The notes under the pieces: generated by a model
Seen by the model: the letters and a program-made list of their open reading frames with translations, nothing else
The model's database searches: none
What the model was told of the DNA's origin: nothing
Made by a program: the position numbers and the translations under genes
Assembly: GCA_040143965.1 (NCBI GenBank)
Contig: JASJQH010000015.1
Location: 1 to 51,651, forward strand
Source: Basidiobolus ranarum
Lineage: Eukaryota
Reading direction: 5' to 3'
Length of the DNA stretch: 51,651 bases
Part shown: positions 11,808 to 25,701 of the stretch, in pieces
Numbering within the stretch: position 1 is the first letter of the stretch
Layout: each line of letters opens with the position of its first letter

Positions 11808-14800
11808 TTAAGCAACAGTGAATGACAAGTCATACTGTTGATCCAAGCCCATATATACATCCGAGATAAAGAACAAAGTAAATCTATACTTCCCTGGAGT
11901 CTCTGGGGTGATAAAGCTCAATTTCACTGTATTTTGAGGGGAGAATTTTTGTCCAGGGCCAGATTGCATACTAATTCTTCTAATAGCCAACACGTCGTCT
12001 TGTTCGGCATCACCCAGCACGACCCACCAACCTTCATACTGTGGTTTAGCGAACTTGGCACAATAAGCTCTACCATCGTACTCTTTACCGGATCCAGGAA
12101 GATGTCTCTTGGAGGGGAATTTGCGGTTCACCATGACTTCCAACTGATACTCCGTATCTGGTGATAAGGATCTACTATGTGCATTACGAATAGAGTATTT
12201 CACCTCCATCAAAGGCAAGCTTCCCACCACCCTGACTATCTCATTGATCTGCTCTCTATTGATACTGCCGAGATGTCTCAATGATTTTTCCAAGTCTCCA
12301 TTGATCAACTCCACTACTTCTCCCGTACATTTGATACTTCTATTCTTGAATGGGATCTTCCGGATCATCTCCAAGTCCAAATGAGGTAGCATCAAGAGTG
12401 AATGATCTGTTGGCCAACGACCTTGTTTAATCGATTGCATGACGGTCATAGTATCGAGGCATGTGCTCAGGAATCCTTGAGTGGCGGCAATATCTACCAT
12501 AGCTTGTAATATACGTATAGATTGGTCCAGGACTGAGATGGTGTCCGTCATCAAGTCAGAGATGGGCAGAGAAAGTCTTGAGAAATGAGCTTGTAAGAGT
12601 AAGAAAGATTTGGCATGTGGACTATCATAAGGAAGATTAGCTTTGAGAGGTAACAATTTCTCCAATTCACCATTGACCAAGTCTTCCCCGTGTCTTACGG
12701 GGAATTCCTCATATTCATAAGCGTTACAAAGGATTCTCATCACTCCTATGCAATCTGTCTTCGGTTTGAGTGCTTGGAGGAATTGTCGGATGGTAATATG
12801 ACTAAGGTAATAGTGGGATGCGATTTTACCAGCATCTGTAGGTGCTACTTCAGTATCATCCAAGAATTCGGCACACGACGATTTAACCAACTCTCCCAAG
12901 GATTTTTCGATTAATTCTGACAAAAAGAGATTCACTCCCTTTTCGGATACATCTTCCAATCCATAGTAAGTGGGGTTCATTTTCAACCGACGATAGAAAT
13001 AGGTCCAGGTGAGATAATCCATGGCATCTTGTTTGGTACGTATAGTCCCAGCAACAACCTCAGCACTAAAATGGTCTTCAAGGTGTAAATGAAGACTAGA
13101 TTCAACTGGGAATGGTTCGTGAAGGAATTTCTTGTAAAAGTTCTTTTTTGAATCGGTAACAAAAATACGTGCTATACCGGTGTTATCAAATTGTGGTCTA
13201 CCTAAATGTCAAGAAAAGTAGGAGATGGTCAGATGAATTAAGGTTGAATTGTTATGTATGAATTGTCTTACCTGCTCTGCCCATCATTTGCAGCACATCC
13301 GTGATGGGGAAATCCACGTATCCCTTCTTCTTAGCGTCGTAGAATTCGGTCCCCTTAACGACTACCAAATGAGCTGGGAAGTTCACTCCCCAGGCAAGAG
13401 TACTAGTTGCGATCAGAATTTGGATCTTTTGATTGACGAAAAGCTCTTCGACGATTTTACGATCCACCTCTGTTAAACCAGCATGATGCAATCCGATACC
13501 AAACCCAAGACATAGCTTGAGATTAGGGTTCTGTACTTGCAGCAGTAACATATTTAATTCCTCTTCGGGGATGTGCAAGAAACGTCTGGGATCATCCTCC
13601 ATAGCGCAAAAAGCCATCAAATCTTGTGCAGTGTATCGAGTCTGTCGACGCGATGATACAAACACGATGACCGGCTGGTTAGGTGAGTGGGTTTTGATCG
13701 CAGCGTAAGTAGGCTTGTTCATTGATGCCATCCTGGGGCAATAATGCTTTCCGGGGAATCCGTCGATGTAGATCTCTAAAGGAACTGGTCTGACCGAATG
13801 TCGGAAATTAAACAATCCAATATCTTTGATGCCCAACCAATCGCCAAGATCACTTGCATTAGCCAATGCGGTAGACAGTCCTACAATACGAACCTTTCTG
13901 TCTGTTTGTGAGCCGATATAGTTCATTCTAGATACAATCACCTCCAAGATGGGCCCACGATCTCCACCAAGTAAATGGATCTCATCGATAATAACCAGAG
14001 AGACTTCTTTGACGTAGCTTCTGTTTTGCCATCCACGACTGATTCCATCCCACTTTTCTGGTGTGGTGATGATGATATCTGCCGATTGGATGGTCTTTAA
14101 GTCTGGTGTCACATCTCCTGTCAACTCTACCAATTTCTTGTTCATGGGCCCAGTCAATCTAGCTTTCCAGTCCTGTACTCTTTCTCTTACCAGTGCTTTC
14201 AGTGGTGCGATATAGACTACTTTGGAGCCTGGGTGCGCTTTGAAGGCACCCCACATGGAAAGCTCTGCAGCTACAGTTTTACCAGACCCTGTTGGTGCAC
14301 CAATAAGTGCATTGTGTTCAGTGCGATACAAAGTGTGGAAGATTTGTGTTTGCACCGGATTGAAATGATAGAAGCGCTTTGCACATATCTCCTCCAAGAC
14401 TTCATCGTGTAAGGCGGTGATAGGTAGCGGTTGCAGATCCAACAAGTCTGTGTGTTGTGGCTGTAGCTCTGGTAGAATCAAATGTTTAAATGAAACTGGT
14501 ATCAGAGTCTCCGCACCTATCCATCTATCGGATACTGCTCTAATGAAGATTTGATTGGGTAATGGTTCGGAGATAGGGATCGTGAATCCTAGCGTATGTG
14601 ATTCATGCATAGTTCTTTTCCCTAACAAAAAGTACTCTGAATGGTAAATCTCGGTATTGTCAGCATCCTCCACCCAGATCCACCATGGCTCAACTGTTCC
14701 ATGAACACGATCATTCCAGATGAAATCTGGGGTGATTGTGAGTTGCACTCGAAGAACATTCCTAGTAATAGGAGCGATAGATGCATCTAGCTCAAGCACT

Positions 14801-17800
14801 GGGAATTGATCTACAAAATGCGCAATGGTAGTTCCCATACGGACATGTCGAACTAGCTCTCCAAGTTCATTAGGCGTCATCTCACGCATCTCTTCGATAC
14901 TAATCCTATGTGGCTGAGCATCTAATTTTTGGAGGAGTTCTCGATTTAATCCAAGCTGTGTCAGAGGATGTTCAAAAGACCACATCTTTTTATCGATGGA
15001 CTTATTGATAGAGAGGAGCACTGCAGTAACTGGTCCCCAATTTCGATTAAGTGCAATCTCAAATAGAGCCCGAGTGATACGTGCAGCATTTTGCATCACA
15101 TAAGCAGAGTCCGAAACCAACGCAAAGTCCTCAATGTGGGCTTTAGATATTCCTGCTTGAAGAAGAATGTTGACTTTACCGTAAGTGTTCTCGATACCAC
15201 CCTTAACGGCACATGCTGTATTGTACTCCACCAATTCAGTTAACTCTTTTGATTCTTCTTCGCGTACTTTGATGTTGTCAAATTCTGTACTTAAACTGAT
15301 CATAGCCAAGACATCGGCTTCGGTCATTCTAGGTTTCATGAGATTATTGAAAATCTCCACACTAGTATGTTTGAGATAGAAAGATGAGGCGATTCTACCA
15401 AGATCTTTTGCGGTTAAGAACCCGGTTTTGGCATCAAAGATAATCATTTGAAGTTGGTGAAGTTTTTTAGCCGCCGATGTGATGATATCTCGTCGGCGAG
15501 CTCCTAGCAAAGGATCCTCGAGTGGTTCTGAATGATTCATACCGTATACTAATGGATTCTTCTTCATTCTAACGTAAAGATAAGTGTAACTTAACCAAGT
15601 CACTGCCTCGTCGACGTTGGTGACGGTGCCTAAACAAATCTCAGCATTTAGGTTGTCAACGATATTTTCAATGAACATCGATTCAATAGGATGCTGTTGA
15701 GTCATTGCTGAAACGTAATGTGTTAACTTGTCATTGTTTGTAACAATATAGCCTACACCATGGGATTCGTATTGAGGTCTACCAGCTCTACCAAAAATCT
15801 GCAGAACATCGAGAATTGAAAGATCCACAAAGCTACCCTTTTGTGCATCGTACACTTGAGTCCCTTTAATAATAACAGCATATGCAGGTAAATTGACACC
15901 CCAAGCCAAAGTAGCGGTACAACAGAGAACTTTCACGAGACCATCAGCAAACAGTCGTTCGACCAGGTTTCTATCCGATCTAAGCATACCCGCATGATGC
16001 ATGGCAAATCCTTTACTAAATAACTCCTTGAGTTCTTTGTTGCGAGATTTCGCCACTTCCCGTTTGGCCAGTTCATATCGAGGATGCTCAGAACAATCGA
16101 AAAAGTCCGTAATCCCTTCGGTAAGGGCCATTTCGCTAAGCATCTGTGCTGTTTTAACTGTTTCTTTACGTGCATGAACAAACACCATGATCTGATGGTC
16201 TTCTTGAATAAGTTCACTGCACTTATCAAAACAAGCTTTATCAAGGTTCGTCTTAGCAGTCAAACTACCAGCTTTTCCTTTGACACCCAAGAAATGTTGC
16301 TCCAAAGGAACAGGTCGGAAACCACTATCAAAAAAGAACAAACCCTGATAAGGATCCACTCCCAAAAATGAAGCCACATCTATGTAATTTGGAAGAGTAG
16401 CGGAAAGACCAACAATACGAATCATGCTTTGGCTAGTTTCCACTTGTCGGAGAGTTCTAGCAACAATACTTTCAATGACGGAGCCTCTATCATCGTGTAA
16501 AAGATGAACCTCATCAATAATCAATAGGCGTACTTTTTGGGCTAATTCCACATCTCCGGTACTTTTTCTGGTTACAACGTCCCATTTTTCAGGTGTAGTC
16601 ACGATAATTTGAGTGTTTAAGATTTCCGTTTTGGTCAGTTGCATATCACCTGTTAATTCTCTCACTTGTATATCAAGCCACTTTAGACGGCTCCCTACTT
16701 TACGAACGATTTCAGCGGCGAGAGCTTTCATAGGTGCTACATAAACAATCTTGAAATCCCTTTTGGCTATATTCAAGACATCTCCATCTGCAGCCTCACT
16801 TGGTGCAGGTGTACAGTAGAGTGATAAAGCACGTAAAATAGCTAGCATAGCAATATCCGTTTTACCCTAAAAATGCGAGTTAATTAATGCAACAGATGGA
16901 TATATAGAACATCCACTTACAGCACCAGTGGGAGCACAGATCAACATGTTTTCATTAGTCTTATAAGCAATTGGGAAAACTATAGATTGTACTCTGTTGA
17001 GAGAGGTATATCCCTAGAAGTGATGGTTAGTTGAGGTAAAAATCCTGCGTGTAATATATAGCAAGTTACTTTAAATGAGTTTTGGCATAATATATCCATG
17101 GAAGATATAGATATTGGCTTCTCTCCAACTCTCGGTGGTGCAGTTTTGGCGATTGGAATTGTAATTTCCTCGTAGTACTTATCGCATATGAGAATGTTAG
17201 TTGATACTTATTAACGATTAATCACGGAAAGTCAGACGTACCGAATAATCTTCTCTTAGAGTGCCTTGAGGTAAAGCAAACCGAGTACCGAAGAGTGATA
17301 ACGTATTACCACCTTGCCCAGACTGATATACATGAGGGTACTTTTCTGGGTTATTTGTGGGCTAAAATACATGTTAAGGGTTAGCTAACTGACCAGTAAG
17401 AAACATCCTGAACATTTTAACCTTTCTCAAATTAGCGAATGGGTCGGAAGAAGCAGCAGTTCGCAAGGACTCTTCACGCATTCTTCGTAACTCTTGAGCA
17501 TCAAAATCTTGATAGTCTTTGAAACCTTACATTAGATTGATATTACAATACAAAGTTTTGATCATTAACACTGAAATTACCATCTCTATTTCCTTGCCCA
17601 AAACCTTTCTTCCTTTCCTTTCGTAATTGCTTTTGCTCGAGCTTCTCAGCTTCGGATTGCACGGTAAATTGAGTACCATAAGTAGGTCGCCATTCTGGAG
17701 GTGGTGGCTCGTTAGAGATAGGCTATTATGTAAAGTACAGCATAAAACCATTTAACTAAAATATCATGTATGATGTTTGTTTAGAGACCTAGGATCACTA

Positions 17801-18786
17801 CTCTACCTTGGCCTGGTGAACTACGACTGCGCCAATATTAGAGGTGATCTGCTGACGATTAGTGATTAATGTAGTGATTAAGTCGAAACTCTCGAACCCA
17901 AGAAGATCCACTAACGAGGCTTGAATCAACTCATCTAAATGGCATACAATCAATAACACATTCATATGACAAAAGCTTCTTGCTCATCTAAGTTTGGTTA
18001 CCATTATCCTGCGAGTTTAACACTGTAACCAAATCTTCACAAAATAAGGCGGTGGTCTCAGGCTCTGTATGGCCATTTTGCCGTAGTAAATGATCTCGAC
18101 AGGCACTTGAGAGTTGAAATAACTGGAGTTAGCTTATTCATAAAGGTTGTATAATAAATGTAAGCAATTTACTTGAGTAACCAGGTTCTATCATAAATTT
18201 TGGGCATTTCCTTTGTTCCTTCCGAAGCTTGTAAGTCTAACGGTGCGCTCGGCAATTCATTGTATGTTCTAGGTGGTAATTCTACCTCTTCGATAGCTGA
18301 TTCCTCAAAGCTTTGTAAAGTAGGAAAATGAGAAGTGGGAGAGAATTCAATGTCGTAACCATACTCTTGTGACTCTGTTGGTTCAGATGAAGAAATTTGG
18401 TCTAATATGGATAAAACATCGTAAGGTAAACCCTTTGAAGTGTAAGAGAATTTCAAACAAGTAACATCATACCTGACTCACTGTAAACAAAAACATTCGA
18501 GATATTAGTCCATAAAATTTTTAACAAGTCGTAAAGCAACAAACTACCTTTTATATTCATCTAATAACTGTTGATAATCTTGGAATTTTTCTCTCCATTC
18601 TGAATAAGTATTTTCAAAATTGAAAACAAGCGGTTCCTTTTGGTTTTCTCTTGCGTCAATAGTTTGTGATGGCTCTTTTCCTTTGCCTTTCCCTTTTCCT
18701 TTGCCAATGGAAGAAGCTTCTTGTGTGAAATGGGAACAAAGTAATTCTGATGTACTAAAGAATAGGGCTGAGGATGTTACTGTCAT
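11808..18786 (-). CDS. SLH1: Ski2-like tandem helicase Slh1/Rqt2/ASCC3 (ribosome quality-control trigger helicase), multi-exon
   Basis: Two helicase cassettes (APTGAGKT...DEVH...[11 protein letters not shown]...DEIH), each followed by a Sec63 unit; [12 protein letters not shown] and RPVPLE motifs favour ASCC3/Slh1 over Brr2. Confidence 0.93.
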
Positions 18787-19229
18787 TGCCTACTATTGTG
18801 GTGGATACGCTTGGAAATACAGATATTTTGGTTAAGCTGTTTATCTGGTTATCAAAAATGCTTTCAGCTGTTAGGCCTATTTACCGCAATTTAGTGATAC
18901 TCTGCGGAATGTATAAATTAGTGAATACCTTAACTGACAATAAATCAACATTGACCATTGTAGCATTTCTGATGACGATTAAATAGTGGCATTGGATTTG
19001 GAATATTCAATAAAACCCTAAGCACGGAATAATGCTCATAATGTACAACCAATAATGTCAATGTAAACCTGTAAGTTATATAACAGACGTATTTATCCAG
19101 AAGGTGCCGTGCCCTTACTTGCCCATAATAACTGACCAATCATTAATCGAGAACTTTGTTAATATTAGGGGTGGATGGAGCAATCATATGCTTACAAATC
19201 CAATCGAAGATTTTGGATTGAGGGTTTAG

Positions 19230-19237
19230 TATAAAAG
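19230..19237 (+). promoter_or_regulatory. Candidate TATA box of the DsbA/FrnE gene
   Basis: TATAAAAG about 105 bp upstream of ATG 19339. Confidence 0.4.
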
Positions 19238-19338
19238 AGAGCGAATGACTTTAGTGTATTTCATACTTCGTTCGACTGTTACAACAGCCACCGCTAGCAA
19301 CAATTCTTCGCCGCATATTTACATCAAGTACACAAATC

Positions 19339-20055
19339 ATGGCCCAGTCCAAAATTCTTGAAATTGATGTTGTATCAGATAATGTTTGTCCTTGGTGTTT
19401 CGTTGGTAAACGCAAATTAGAAAAAGCTATTGCTCAAGTGCGAGAGAGTGATCCGGAAGTTCAAGTTGAAGTTCGCTGGCATCCATATCAGTTGAACCCA
19501 CACCAAGAAGGTTCAGTGGATAAGAGAAGTTATTACCATTCCAAATTTGGCAAAGATTCCTTTGAAATGATGGAGGCAAGATTAAGGAAAGTTGGCGAAA
19601 ATGAAGGGATTACCTTCACTCAAGACGGGACCCTAGGAAACACTTTAGATTCCCACCGTCTGGTATATTTCGCGCAAAACAAGGGAAAGCAAGACGAGGC
19701 TGTAGAGGCCATCTTCAAATCCTACTTTGAGCAAGGAAAGAATTTAGCCGACCCATCGATACTTATCGGTATTGCTGAAGACATTGGTTTAAATAAGGAT
19801 GAATTCCAAAAATACCTTCTATCGGGTGAAGGCGATGATGAAGTTAGAAGTGAGGTGCAAAAACATCGAAAGTATGTAAACGGAGTTCCCCACTTCACGA
19901 TAAATCAGAAATACAGCCTCTCCGGAGCTCAAGACCCTTCTGAGTTCCTCACTGCCTTCAGAAGAGCCATCCCCAACATCGGAAAGTCTTCAGAGTCAGC
20001 TCCTCAGTCCAAGGGCTCTGCTCAAGCTTGTTCAGATGGAGCTTGTGCCCTCTAA
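19339..20055 (+). CDS. DsbA-family FrnE-like thiol-disulfide oxidoreductase, intronless
   Basis: SDNVCPWCFVGKRKLEKA active site, cis-Pro GVPHF, SGAQ motif, C-terminal CSDGAC. Confidence 0.92.
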   Translation: MAQSKILEIDVVSDNVCPWCFVGKRKLEKAIAQVRESDPEVQVEVRWHPYQLNPHQEGSVDKRSYYHSKFGKDSFEMMEARLRKVGENEGITFTQDGTLGNTLDSHRLVYFAQNKGKQDEAVEAIFKSYFEQGKNLADPSILIGIAEDIGLNKDEFQKYLLSGEGDDEVRSEVQKHRKYVNGVPHFTINQKYSLSGAQDPSEFLTAFRRAIPNIGKSSESAPQSKGSAQACSDGACAL

Positions 20056-20782
20056 ATGTGAAATTTTAATGTTGAATCCGCTAATTCCTCGCAAGTCAGT
20101 ATTGTCGCAACCTACTCCTTTGAGAATGTAATTATTTGTCGTGTAGTGAATCCAAGTGTTGGGTTAGGTTGATTATAATGGTTACCTTGTGTGATATTAC
20201 CGACCATTACCATCCCCAAATACGTGTCATCATTATTACCGATCAATCAATAAATCGTAATCGCATATACGTGACTTCGTATGATGTCACTTCAGTAGAA
20301 TTGATCGATTTGTATTCAAATCAATGATTGTTAAATGATTTTAAGCATTCACATACAAGCATCCGCCATTGTGTGATGACACTGCGATCATTACTAAGCC
20401 GGAGAAGTGTACCTGATATGGTGATAGCAAAGACACTGGACGGGGATAATAAGGTTGATAAAGCCAGTAGCTTGCAGATAAGTTACAATTGACAAATAAT
20501 GGCACTGTCACAACCTAGCGTCAATATATATTTGTAAGCTCAATCTAGTAACAATGTGTATTCGATCTTACTGGGGTAGAAAACGAAGTCTAAACTCGGT
20601 TTTTTACGCCGATCAGATCTAGTAGTATCAGTCAAAAAGAATTCGTATCTCGGTTGAAATTGAATAAATATACAATCGTAACTAGTCTAGTCCTAAAATC
20701 ATCCTTTACCAATGATACAATAATTTACGCAACATACTCTTCATCAATTATTCCCTTTTCAGTGTTCACTTATTTTCTCACC

Positions 20783-23700
20783 ATGCTAAATGAGTCACAA
20801 AGACCTTTTAGCCAACGTATGAATGGAGGCAGTTTCGAAACTAATGCTCGTAATTCATACATGTCTCGACAAAATGTATATCTTAACCACCGTGGGCATC
20901 GTTCCACTGCATCTTCTGTATCGTTCACTTCTATAAGCGACACATCTTCGTCTAGATATAATGTTTTCAATCGTCAATCCCGAGTTAGCGTATATAGTTC
21001 AAAAAACTACCCAATGCATCTCCCTTCACCTCAAGAAGAAGCCCCTCAAATCCAAGCTGTGGTCAAACCCACAGCTAGAGCTGAGGATACTTCTTCAATT
21101 CACAGTGGACGACAGGGACATTCTCGCAGTAGGAGTAATTCCATATCCAGAGAGACCAGTAGTTATGGAGCTTATCGTGTTTCTGGCTCTCAATACGACG
21201 TGTCCAGAGTGCTTGACTCTCCCATTGATGAGGAGTTTTCAGCTCAAGTTGCCGATTCTCCTAACTCTATTTTACAGGGTGATTATTTTGTTAGAAAATC
21301 GGCCTTTATCCTTAGCCCCCCCGTTTCTTCGAGTAGTTCGTTAGATCAGTCAATGCCTGAGACTGCTCTTAATCTCCCAGCCGATGTATTGACCAGCTCT
21401 GGAATTATCAGAAGACGCACACTCCGTGAAAAAAGAGGTATCTCATGAAGCAAGGAAGCTCTGTTCTATATACCAATTCAACTACTTTACTTTTAATATA
21501 GTTACCAGCTCTTCACCTGTGGACAGTCAATTTCACTTGAGAAGTAATTCCGATGTAGGTTTATCTCGTGTTCCAAGTCTCTCCAGCTCAGTTCGTTCTA
21601 TAAGGAGCAACAGTTCTATAAATTCTCCAGAACTTCTATCTGCAGTAGCCGAAGCCTTTAAGGAGAAAATACTACTTACAAATCATGTTAAAGATTCTTT
21701 AGAATACAAGGATTCGTTTACTGGTCAAGAAGCAGTTGTATGCAGTCATTTAGCTACTTCTTTAAATTGAGATCTTGAAATTCATACTTATCATTTAATA
21801 TAGGATCTCCTCTGTAAGATTATACATACAAAAGATCGTGCTTTGGCTTTGAACGTAGGGCGTGCGCTCGATAGCCAAAAATTCTTTCATGATGTAACGT
21901 ACGAACACCGTCTGAGAGATAGCGCAGATGAGTTTTACGAGTTTCGTGAACTTCCAAGCGCGTTTAATGATAGCTCCTCAGTCCGTACGGATAGCTCGAC
22001 AATCCATGAAAGTCAGGAGGTTAGTGGCGTGCTCACACAGCTCACCGGTTGCTATTCCCCCACTTGCTCTCCGAACAGGTTGTGTTACTGCAGCTCTTGT
22101 CCACAACGTATGGAACAACAAGCACGAATAAATATTCTCAACAACTCCTTACTGGAAAGGTCAGATAGTAGAACTTCGACCCAAGAGAAACAGGTATTCT
22201 ACTTGATTGGTTTAACCTATTGCTAAGTTTTCACTTACCATATTTCGATTATAGAAACGTATAGATTTATGGATTGAATCCGTTCCTAAAGAAATCTCTG
22301 ACTCTCTTTCAAAATCGGAACGAAAGCGTCAAGAGATTATATTTGAGTTGATCTATACTGAAAACGACTTCGTCAGAGATTTGGAATTATTGAAAGAAGT
22401 AACGCTTAGTTTTGTTCAAGCTACACCTCAATAGGATCCATGTATTCATTTATTACTTGATTTGTAGCTTTATGTCACTCCCCTCAGATTTGGGCCGTAT
22501 ATTGAAGCCTTTGCCAAGGAACCGTTTGTTCGTGATGTTTTTTACAACATTAACGAAATTTACAATGTTAGTGCAAAATTGGCTCGTGCCTTGACGGATA
22601 GGCAAGATGAACAGCCCGTCATTGATCAGATTGGGGATATTTTTGTGACTCACGTGGAAAGCTTGAAACCTTTCATCATTTACGGAGGCCATCAAGTCTA
22701 CTCAAAGCATCGACTAGAGGTTGAAGTCAAACGGAACCCCAAGTTAGCAAGATTCTTAGAGGTAACCATAGCAAATGCTCAAGTCTATTCTTGAATCGAA
22801 CTTTAACTTTCGTTATAGGAACGTGAAAGACTCCCTGAATTGAGAAAACTTCCAATCCATAGTTTTCTTGCACGTCCAACTACACGTCTTGGACGATATC
22901 CGTTATTGCTAGAGGGAGTAATCAAAAGCTCTCCAGAAGGTCATCCCGATAGAGAGAATCTTCCGGCTGCCATAGATGTCATTAAGCAATGTCTATCACA
23001 AATCAACACTGAGAGTGGCAAGGCCGATAACCGATTGCGTCTTACCAAACTCAATGATACACTAGTATGCAAGGATGGCGAGAGTAAGGTAACCATCGTG
23101 ATTGAAAGGCTATCAATAGAAGCTTGATACTCACAATCCATTCACACACCCCAATACAGGACCTGAGACTTCTAGATGAATCACGCAAGCTTATTCGAGA
23201 TGGAGTCATAAAAAAGAAATCTGGTGTCGAGCAAGTTGAATTGACTATGTTCCTCTTCGATCATATGCTTCTCCTTACTAAGAAAAAGAAGACACGGGAT
23301 GGGGACGAATATCGTGTGCATAAAAAGGTAACTGCATATCCAGCTTCACTAGTATATATAAGATGACTTGACATTAACTCACCTTTGAATCAGCCTATCC
23401 CTCTTGAGCTGCTATCCCTCTCTTCTTCTGATGAATCGATTCAGAAATCGGCGACTCGCAGGTCTAGCTCCAGCTTTTTAGGGAAAAACACCAGCGGTAT
23501 TGTAACGCCCAAATACATTCCAGATCTCAACAAGGGTGGCTATCCCTTGGTAATTACTCACCTTGGACGTAATGGGATGTCGCTTACCCTGTATGCTGCC
23601 AATCAAGCTGATCGAAGAGAATGGGAAGAGAAAATTGAACAACAACGCGATTTAATTACTCGCGAAACAAACATCTTTGAAATAGAGCAGCTATCCGACA

Positions 23701-24980
23701 GCTCCACGTTTGGGATAACATTCAAAATCACCTGCTCAACAACCTACTCTGGAGGTCAGAGAGTCGTCATTGGGGCAGAAGATGGGATTTACATTGGAAC
23801 AGACGGGACGAAAAAAAGCTTCAGAAAGGTCATTGATATTGAGAAGGTCTCACAGATATCTGTTCTCGAAAACTTTAATATGCTCCTGATTCTATCCGGT
23901 AAATCAATCGAGTTCTCATGAAAACTACTCTCCCACTAACCCTTTAAAATAGACAAGGTTCTTTTCTCGTACCCACTCGAAACGCTGGATTCGAGTGAAA
24001 TCGTGGGTGCCAAACGAGCCCGCAAAATTACTTCACATGTCAGCTTCTTTGAGGTAGGGGTGTGTGTAGGACGAACTCTTGTTTGTGTCGTAAAGTCCAC
24101 TGCGTTTTCGTCTACAGTCAAAACCTATGAGCCTATTCCCACATCGGTGAAGCCCAAGAAGAACTCTTTTGGCAGACTGTTAATAAGAAATGGAATCGAT
24201 GGCATGAAGATCTACAAGGAATTCTACATTCCCACCGAATCCTCATCCGTTCACTTCCTGAAATCAAAACTATGTGTTGGATGCACCAAAGGATTTGAAG
24301 TGGTTGATCTTGCCACCTTGAGCACCCAATGTCAGTATGAAGCAGTTTTTGCAAGTGAACCTGATCTTTTGCTAAAACCAATGATATAGGCCTGTTGGAT
24401 CCATTCGATGAGAATCTGCACTTTGTAACGAAGAAGGAGACCGCTCGACCTATTGATATCTTTAGACTTAAGGATGGCGACTTCCTCCTGTGCTACGATG
24501 GTTGGCTATTCACATGCTTTGTTAAAGTTATGCTGGTATATTAACCCATTTGCGATACAGAATTTGCCTTTTATGTCAACAAAAATGGAAGAAGAGCTAG
24601 ACCTAGTTGGTTGATCAATTGGGAAGGAAGCCCTGCTTCGTTTGGTATGTTGTTAAACACTGATATTTATGCAAGCCTATTCCTAATGTATACGCATAGC
24701 CCTTCAATACCCATACGTCCTCGCATTCGATCCTACCTTTATCGAGATTCGACACGTTGAAACTGGAAATCTAGAGCAAGTCATTCCATGCCGCAACCTT
24801 CGAACACTAAATGCCAATTCGAACTCTATTCACTGTGTTGCCAACACTTTCATGGACTATCAGTATGTATTCAAGCTAAATTTCACCAAAGAAGCTGCAC
24901 CCCTGCCAACGCCACCAGATAGCAACCACTCGCAACTGGAGAGAAAAGCAAGTAATCCAGCTAGATATTGTTATACTTGA
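20783..24980 (+). CDS. ROM2: Rho1 guanine-nucleotide exchange factor, Rom1/Rom2/Rgf type (DEP-DH-PH-CNH), multi-exon
   Basis: DEP (FTGQEAV...GRALDSQKFFHDVTYEHRLRDS), CYSPTC, DH (KRQEIIFELIYTE...RPTTRLGRYPLLL), PH (LFDHMLL), CNH (KEFYIPTESSSVHFLKSKLCVGC). Confidence 0.93.
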
Positions 24981-25701
24981 TCTCTGGATATAGTGTATGT
25001 AATGTGATCTATATTGTTAAATATGTAATTTTGATTTTGGTGCCAATGTAATAGTTTGATTAACCCCTGGCCACATCCGAAATTCTCGATGAACCACGGC
25101 TTTAGTTTTCTCTGCTGTCTTCACATTATTCTGGAAATATTCTACGCAAAGCATTGTATGCACTTTTTTGCTTGACTCTACAGGTGATACCCTTCAGTAT
25201 AACTTTTTTCCTATTCATTTTGAATATCTCCCCCAAATTCTCTACACCCATAGAGTCCAATATATAATCATTTCATGAGCCCAAGATTCCCAATCGTTTT
25301 CAACAGCAACTGTATTTTTGTCCTGCATAGCTTGCGCACTTTTCTTAGACAATACGTATGTATAGTTTGTCAGTGTGACCTCTGGTTGGCTCATTAGGAC
25401 TGGAATAACATATACAGCAATCTGCGTTCCAATCACAGCCGTTACACATGATATCATTCACATGGTCAAAGATGGATCTCTGATTAATTGATCATTGATT
25501 GATTTCCCAGCAATGATCAATCAAATCACTTGGATCATGTGTGAGAATGGTAGGGTCAATAGTGTGGGGTAAAGCGGGGATAATTTTAGATAGCATCTCA
25601 ACACATCTTGTATTCCAAAGAAAATTTTTAACAAGATAATGGACTTTTTACTAGTTCAACATTAACTTGGTTCTTTTAGTGGAATTTATTTATTTACAAC
25701 C

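Noticed and set aside
11808-18786. Brr2/SNRNP200 identity for the tandem helicase
   Set aside because: The second cassette has intact GKT and DEIH motifs and the [12 protein letters not shown] signature, which fits Slh1/ASCC3.
20372-20416. Possible C/D box snoRNA (GTGATGA...CTGA)
   Set aside because: Only about 45 nt between boxes, no convincing terminal stem or recognisable rRNA guide.
20654-20782. N-terminal extensions from TTG/GTG starts in the ORF track (also 2103, 5356, 10128, 29427)
   Set aside because: Eukaryotic genes; the first suitable ATG gives the expected N-termini.
25242-25457. 71-aa minus-strand ORF
   Set aside because: No motif, splice pattern or codon bias; probably spurious.
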